Assembly: GCF_964204645.1 (NCBI RefSeq)
Contig: NC_134028.1
Coordinates: forward strand, 19,413,653 to 19,477,652
Length of the DNA: 64,000 nucleotides
DNA from: Tubulanus polymorphus
Lineage: Eukaryota; Animalia; Nemertea
Direction: 5' to 3'
Shown: positions 57,206 through 64,000 of the stretch, in pieces
Position numbering within the stretch: the stretch's first letter is position 1
Layout: each line of letters opens with the position of its first letter
The notes under the pieces: model-generated
What the model saw: only the letters and a program-made list of their open reading frames with translations
What the model was told of the DNA's origin: nothing
The model's database searches: none
Made by a program: the position numbers and the translations under genes

Positions 57206-60200
57206 GGGGGAAGAAGAAAGTCTCATGGCAAATCCTGCTAAATTGTGTTATATATTAAAACAAGCAATTAGAGAAATGACTGTCGGTAAGAAATGCCCCT
57301 TATTCCTCCCCAGCACCCAATCACCTTCCGCCCGACTTTTTTCGCCTGCCGAAGTGTTCTGAATATTATATCTCTATTTTCAGCTGGTGCTAAATTTCTA
57401 ATTCTCTGTGATTTATTTACGAGGAAAAAAGCTCAGCTTTCACGCGATGAAAGGAATGATATCATCAGATATTCAAAATCAAGGTTTGTTTATTTCTGTA
57501 CCAGATAAAACTGTAAAATATTCTGAAATTCATCTGTTAATTGTAAACGAGTTTTGATTGTGTTTTTCAGAATTCCTGTTTTTATGAATCAATTACTGAA
57601 ACTGATCAGTGTTTGCAAACAGCACGCAAGGTCTCTATCAGCAAGTCAACGATATGAGCTGGCGACTTATCTAGTACCAGAGGTCAGTTTAATTACGCTT
57701 TGCAGGGACAAATCAAATGGTGAAGGAAAATGGATGTCTGCTTAAAAATTGGAAAAATTTGAACATGTTGTTAGAAACCATGTCATGTCAAAAAGTATTT
57801 GGGTCTCCCATCAATGCTATGTACTGTGGTGCTCAGAATTGTCTTAGATTTGATACTTGGTACATGTAGTTGGTTACCTTTCAGTTCGTGTTACGTTTAG
57901 AAACAGTTGATACCGTTACGATGAAGTCTAATAAATCTTATGCACAAGCTCTATATATTAAAAGTTTAAGATATTTCATTTAAACCAGTCAAATTGTGTA
58001 TCGCTTACGTTATTGTAACAACAAGAATCATTGATGTAATTTTTGATGTAAAAAGTGAAAAAAAATATCTGAAAAATCCTGGTATTTTCTTGTGAAAACT
58101 TGTAAGAATATGGAAATATGTGAAACTCCCAAGAGTTCATTCATCTGATTCCTGACCTCGTTTGATCACACTCGGTTTATCTAGACCTGGTCAATCTGTT
58201 CAGTTTTATTAGATCATGTATGTTTTATTATCTCTAGATTGAAAACACGTTAGAAATGGTTTCCAAATTCATATTAGAAACGAAAACAGCTTTAGAGCAA
58301 GTGATCAGCAGCACAAGTAGCAGCCAGCGAGAAAAACACGAAACTAAACCCGATAGTAAATTGAAGAAACCTCGAGTCGGGGACGTGCTCGGCAAAACGC
58401 TTAAACATGTAACAATTCTTGCACTTTATGTCAATCGAAACTGATATTGTATACACAATTGTATTAACATACACGAGATAAATTGATGTATGATTGATTG
58501 ATTTCAAGGCTTTACACATGAAAGAATTAATGAGATTGAAAAACTTTCATGAGAAAACGTCGGAAATTGTCATCAATTTAATGATGAAAAAGTGAGTATT
58601 TTACTCATATTTGTCTTGCAATTTAAATCAATTTCACCGTACATAAGTAAATTTCTAACTGTTTTGAAAATTTTAGAGAAAGTTTTACAACGATGTCTGA
58701 AGGAGAGAAAATTAGATTGATTTCGCGTAATTTAGAGCAACTCGGAGAAGAGGTAGCCCCCTTCACCCCTGAATCTCTACCCGCTGTCCCCGGTATGTAT
58801 TCAATGTATTGTTGTGTATTTTGCAGGTTCTATTATTTTTTTCAATTCGAGTTGAAGAATTAATGGCAGCACTAGACGAGAAATTCTCGTGGAGAGAATG
58901 GAAATATTTCTTCAAACTCGGCACGTCTAAAGTCGTAAGTTTGCGCCCGTTGGTGACAGGTTGCTGAGGGTACATACAATGCCCACGAGTGATAGTTGTC
59001 TGTTTTATTTTTGTAGGCTTGGTTACTGAGTAAACTGGTGTCGAATAAAGAGAATTTACCGGTTCAAACGATGCTCCATGAATTGATAATGCTCGTTCAT
59101 AGAGATCAGTTAACATTATCGCTAGTGACACTAGGTTTAGTAGAACCCACTGAACCTACTCAATATAACTCTCAACCTACTCAACCCATCATTCACACTA
59201 CTAATCATGCTGTAAGTATCCTATACAAGTGCTCCCTACTGTGTGCTTTATGAACTTATGTATATTGTATTTCACAGTTAAATGCAGTAGAATCGTTGTG
59301 TATTCCGCCGCGACCAAGAGACAGTCGTTTAGCTCAATCATCATTAAATCTACTGCGAGATGCACTTTATACTGATATGCTGTTTGAAGTCGTTACTATA
59401 ACAGGTAAACATAATGTGGAGCAAGTTCCACAGTTAAATGGGCTAGTCCTGAAGATTGAACTAGGCCAAGCCCTTGTGGTTGAATAATAAATGTAAATGA
59501 CAGATATCATTTATATAGCGCAGGTATCCTAAACGGAGTCCAGTTCTAATGCGTTCCAAATTGGTATTATTACCCCCAGCTTATAACTCTATTACATGTA
59601 TCAGTCATCTCTCCCTGGGGAGGAGTAACACCCTAGCAACTACTAGGCGCTCAAGAGTCATCTTTCAGGCTAGGTACCCATTCACTCCTGGGTGGAGAGA
59701 GGCAATGCGGATAAGTGTCTTGCCCGAGGACTCTATGGTGACGTACAGGGTTCGAAACCCGCAACCTGTCTTCCCAGAGTTGAACGCTCTAACCACTCTC
59801 CCACTCCGCTCGTTGGTTGAACTGGCACGTGCTGGGTTGAACTGGGGATAGATCTGCTGGTTGAAATGGATGTAGTCCTTCTGGTTGAACAGGGACTAGC
59901 AGGGACTGCTGGGTTGAACTTAGAACCGGGGCTTGTTGAATACTTCTGTATTTACATCTTATGTATTTGTAGATGATGGAGATACAATAATAGATCACAA
60001 TGTAGATGGTGCTACTCCAGTTACTCGTACAGATAGAGAAAGGGATATCAATGTCCGCAGAATCCCGGCCCATTGCGTTATAATAGCAGCACGCTGTGAT
60101 TGGTTCAGACGAGCTTTACTCAGTGGTATGAGGGAATCAATAGACAAGTGAGTCACACTTCTGCCTTCTCCCTGCTTCCCCCTCTAACTTCTCGTTCCCT

Positions 60201-61797
60201 ATCAATGTATCGACATTGTATATTGTATTTTACAGGAAGATCGTTGTACATGACACAAACCCAGTTTTATTCCAGATGTTTCTGGAATATTTATACAGTG
60301 GTCAGTTAGATATGAATGAATTAACTACTGAACAAATGGTTGATATGTTACAGTTAGGAGATAGATATGAGGTATTTATGACTATTGCTTGCTTGTCACT
60401 GGTCTCTTCTCTGGTCTCTCTCATTGATCCCTCGCCTCTAACTGGTCTGTTTCTCTTCTCACTGACCTCTCTTTCCCTTTTACAGTTCTCTTTCTCCTCT
60501 TTCACTGGTCTCTCCTCTCACAAGTCTCTCTCTGCACTGTACTCTCTTCACTGGTTGCTCTCTACTCTGACTTGTTTCTCTCCTTTCACAGGTCTCTTCT
60601 CTTGCTGGTCTCTCTCCACTCTCACTGGTCTCTTCCCTTTCTCACTGGTCACCCCCTCATCTCTGCCTCTCACCGGGCTCTTTACTTTTTCTTCACCGGT
60701 CTGTCTCCTCTCTCTCACTGGTTTTTCATTTCACTCGTCCCTCTCTTCTCTCTCTCATTGGTTTTTCCCCTCACTGGTCCCCGGTCCACACAAGGTTTAT
60801 GTATGTTATTATCATTTGTAGGTTGATAGTTTGAAGTTTATTTGTGAACAGAGTCTTAAACACCGCTTAGATGAAGAAAATGTATTGTTCTTATTGAGTC
60901 TCGCAGATCAGTATAACGCTAAAACGCTGAGGGTAAGTTACAGCACTTCACAGAAAGGGGCAGAATTAAACAAACCAGGGGTTAGGGAATGGAGATTTGA
61001 AGATCAAGGATCATGATATTTGACATGATGTGATTATTTGATATTTTTCAGGCGGCTTCTTTAACATTTATTTCTGATCATCCAGAAACTTTACAGAGTG
61101 AAATATTCACCGATCTACCAGAGCATTTACAAACTGAGGCTGAAACTGCTATAGGGTGGCCGGGGTAAGTCTCAAACAGACTAGTAGAGGGATTAGGATG
61201 GACTAGGTATACCAGAGTGTACAAGGGCTTCTATACCGGGTTCTAGGCGTATTTCAGAGAAAGACCTTCCATTAACTTGGTTCTAGGGGTATTTCGAAGT
61301 AAGGGTTTCTATCAGTTATAAGGGTATTTCAGAGTAACTGGGTGGGTTTTAACGGTGTTTCACATGTAGTGCAAGGGTTTGTGTCTACTGGTTACGTATA
61401 TTTTGTAGACTTGTTTCTGGAAGTGCTCATGGTGAAACCACTCATAGTTCTGTATCAAGTCTCAGTGAAGCTGGTATAAGTGACGTGTTAGATCAGGTAA
61501 TTATGTTACACACATCCCCTGTCCCCTCTTTCTCCCCCTCTCTACTCTCTTTGTTTTTCATTAAGTCTTTTATTTATTAATATTATTATAATAATATTAT
61601 TATTGCAGCGTCAGTTCACGTCGTCAAGCTCCTCTGATGAAGCTGGTTTCATGGAAGATTCAACTCGTTTAGAGACGTGTATTTCAGCATTAAGAGATAT
61701 AGTCGGCGATGATGTTCCTCGTGATGAACTCGTGAACATTGCTTTAGCAGCAGACTATGACACAAATAGAGCTCTAAATTTCTTCTTTTCCTCCTGA
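52177..61797 (+). CDS. Host multi-exon gene (~21 exons): protein with two BTB/POZ domains and a C-terminal UBA-like helical domain
   Basis: GT-AG exons 52177-52215, 53544-53596, 55990-56149, 56277-56342, 56423-56527, 56607-56859, 57100-57285 join in frame; later exons (to 61609-61797) read by eye. BTB motifs FSDLVI..FNVHKTIL and IPAHCVIIAARCDWFRRALLSGMRES..FLEYLYSG; tail LRDIVGDDVPRDELVNIALAADYDTNRALNFFF; AATAAA at ~62132. Confidence 0.88.
55020..55860 (-). mobile_element. Degenerate non-LTR (CR1/L2-type) RT fragment in intron 2
   Basis: ITYGVLQGSVLGPLLFLIYTND in ORF 55627-55875. Confidence 0.7.
59510..59815 (-). mobile_element. tRNA-derived SINE in an intron
   Basis: Minus strand has A-box-like AGTGGTTAGAGCG, B-box-like GGTTTCGAACCC, then GGGCAAGACACT and CACCCAGGAGTGAATGGGTACC, typical of conserved-domain SINEs. 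Confidence 0.65.
60395..60785 (+). repeat. CT-rich low-complexity intron (CTCACTGGTCTCT-type repeats)
   Basis: Pyrimidine-rich degenerate repeats; account for spurious Ser/Leu ORF tails. Confidence 0.85.
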
Positions 61798-62764
61798 TCT
61801 CAAAATACAAATCGAACAACAGCGGCAACAGTGACAGCAGTTACACCGGAATGAGCCCTCAATGAAACCAGGAGTTCACTCCCACGTCCCTGCTGAAACC
61901 TAAGGCTCCAGTGATAAAGCGGTCGTCCGTAGTGTAAATATTTTATCAACTCTAAAAACAGTTAATTTAAAATCATTCCTTAGATTTAATGATTAGTCCC
62001 TATTGATCCTTCCTCTCCATTTCGATGACTGACGAGAGAGGTGGAACCTCACTGGTAGGTGTATGTATCGAAGGTACTTGAGTGAATGGCAAAATGTAAA
62101 AAATGTATATAAAGTTGTAAAATGAAATTGTAATAAAGTTGTTTGTGATAAAATGTGTAAAAAATATTCATTCATTTTTCAATTTAGAATTCTGTATAAA
62201 CTAATTCAATTACAGCAGGGATCTCAAATAAAAATTCAATCCCAATTTAATGCTAAAGTTCTTTAGTTTGTTTGGTTTTGTTTGCGTTGACGAGGAATTA
62301 AAATGACTGAGTATTACTCAATGAAACGAGAGCTGTCGTTAACAAAACAGGTCCCGACTGACTAACGTTCCTATTCCACTGCCACATATAGTACCAGTAT
62401 ACACAGTACTGCGCTGTCATTGTGTTACTATGTTCAAGATATGTAGGATCGAATTCATGGCGAAGGCAAAATGAGAGAATTGAGGATCATTATACATCGT
62501 GTTTTATTGATCTGTTTATGTTTTCCTGGTGAGTTCCAGTCCACAATCTTCTCGCTCGGTATCCAATCAAACAAATTGGTAAAATGATAATAGGGAATTA
62601 GACTTTAAGAATTTCGGTAGAATAAGAAACGTGGAAACGTTTTATATAAATGAGAACTTAAAGTTTAGGAAAAGTGTCTAGAATATTAGATGAGGGGCTC
62701 AATCTCAAAAGAGGACTAAATACGACCGAGAGGGTTCAGTATCAAATGAAAGGACTGTGATACA

Positions 62765-62887
62765 GGACCCAGTTCCACAGTTCTTGATTAACTTTTAACT
62801 CAGAGGTAAATTCCCTATATCAGACTTAGTTTCTGAGTTAAAAACTAACTCTGTGCCAGATTCAATCAAGAACTGCGGAACGGGTCC
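62765..62887. repeat. Small palindromic MITE-like element
   Basis: GGACCCAGTTCCACAGTTCTTGATT ... AATCAAGAACTGCGGAACGGGTCC. Confidence 0.65.
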
Positions 62888-64000
62888 AGGTGTATCAAGT
62901 GAGGATTTCGTAAATGTATATATTGAATTGAGTGGCATTTTTCTCTGGGACCTTTTCTATTCAAATGAATGCTTTTTTCTGTATTGAATGAGGATATGAT
63001 GAGGGTCATTTTCTGTATTGAACGAGGGTTATGTTGTGTGGGACATTAGGTTTTTTTTCTGTATTGAATAAGCGCTCTATGAATTTTAAGGCATTACCTG
63101 GTATTTCTAGTATATATGTATATGTATGTACGTATGTGTGTATAAGGCACTAGGAATGCGGACACCACTTGATCGAGTGTCGTCGTCTTAAATTAATATT
63201 ATTTATTACTAAGCTGAAGTCAACAATCACAGGTAGGGCGGGTTTTACTAAAAACTTGAGTCTTTTCTGTCGACGGTACAGAAGATTCGCCGAATTTTTT
63301 CTTTATACATGTTTTTCTACATAATAGATATATTTTTGTACGTGTCCCACCCGAACCAGTTCACTTCTTTAATTACCAAATCGCACGAGGCCTATACTTA
63401 AGAACTTGGGCAACAAAGATCTTTTCTTTCCGATTGTCAGCATCTGACCCTGATTGATAAAACAAAGCGTGGGTGTGCGCAGATAATACACTAATCAAGT
63501 AATAATCAAATATTTCATAACAGAACTATACAACGCAGTGGTAAAGAACAGTTAAACTGTCTGCCACAGGTTAAGCGGTGTGGGTGACGAGAGTCTTTGA
63601 AGGCTTCAATGACTCTCAGGAAACACTACAGAAATGTAATTTTCCATTAGCAATTTTTCCAACCACTCTTCTACGTGGTTTTTCTCACGAAAAAGTCACG
63701 GCGATTTGTCTGCGTGTTTAAGCTTTGTCACCCAGTAATTTTTGGTAGATTTTTACCACAATGAAACGTTTTAAGTGCCTAAGATGACTTAATGTAATGC
63801 GAACGCATGTACTTTATACTATAAAACGTCCCCTGAAAACATCGATTTTTTTTTCTCATCGACGTGTTTAAAGATCAATTTGTTGACCGGATAAAGGTTA
63901 GAGCTCGGGCCGAATATGGGGCGTTCTTGGAGTTTGAAAAAACATTGGACCCGTTCATCGATAGTGGCCTAAACATAATTTGCCGCATCAATTAACAAAG

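Noticed and set aside
59549-59851. 100-aa ORF or tRNA gene in the host intron
   Set aside because: It overlaps a minus-strand SINE; the tRNA-like head does not form a full cloverleaf.
60372-60821. Hydrophobic Ser/Leu extension of ORF 60216-60821
   Set aside because: Read-through into a CT-rich intron; the BTB sequence resumes after the AG at 60820-60821.

Overview
AT-rich animal (invertebrate-like) genomic DNA. Bases ~6.6-40.6 kb form a five-layer nested insertion, each layer delimited by its own target-site duplication (TSD): a small piggyBac-type hairpin MITE (ATAA) > BEL/Pao LTR retrotransposon (AAGCT) > foldback element with inverted 59-bp tandem arrays (CAGTTCAGT) > non-coding LTR element (TTCC) > a 17.76-kb Polinton/Maverick (adintovirus-like) endogenous virus (GACGTA, 8433-26190). 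The virus encodes a protein-primed PolB, integrase-chromodomain, packaging ATPase (nonsense in Walker A), probable major and minor capsid proteins and several membrane proteins; I see no protease. Unusual points: each end is a different 270-400-bp hairpin bounded by the element's own terminal motif, and 13 of 15 genes start in a poxvirus-late-promoter-like TAAATG. The rest of the window holds a second BEL 3' end, MITEs, a fragmented and partly inverted Gypsy pol split by a 6.2-kb TIR element, and a ~21-exon host gene for a double-BTB protein with a UBA-like tail (52177-61797). All calls come from reading the sequence and from motif knowledge; no database search was run.
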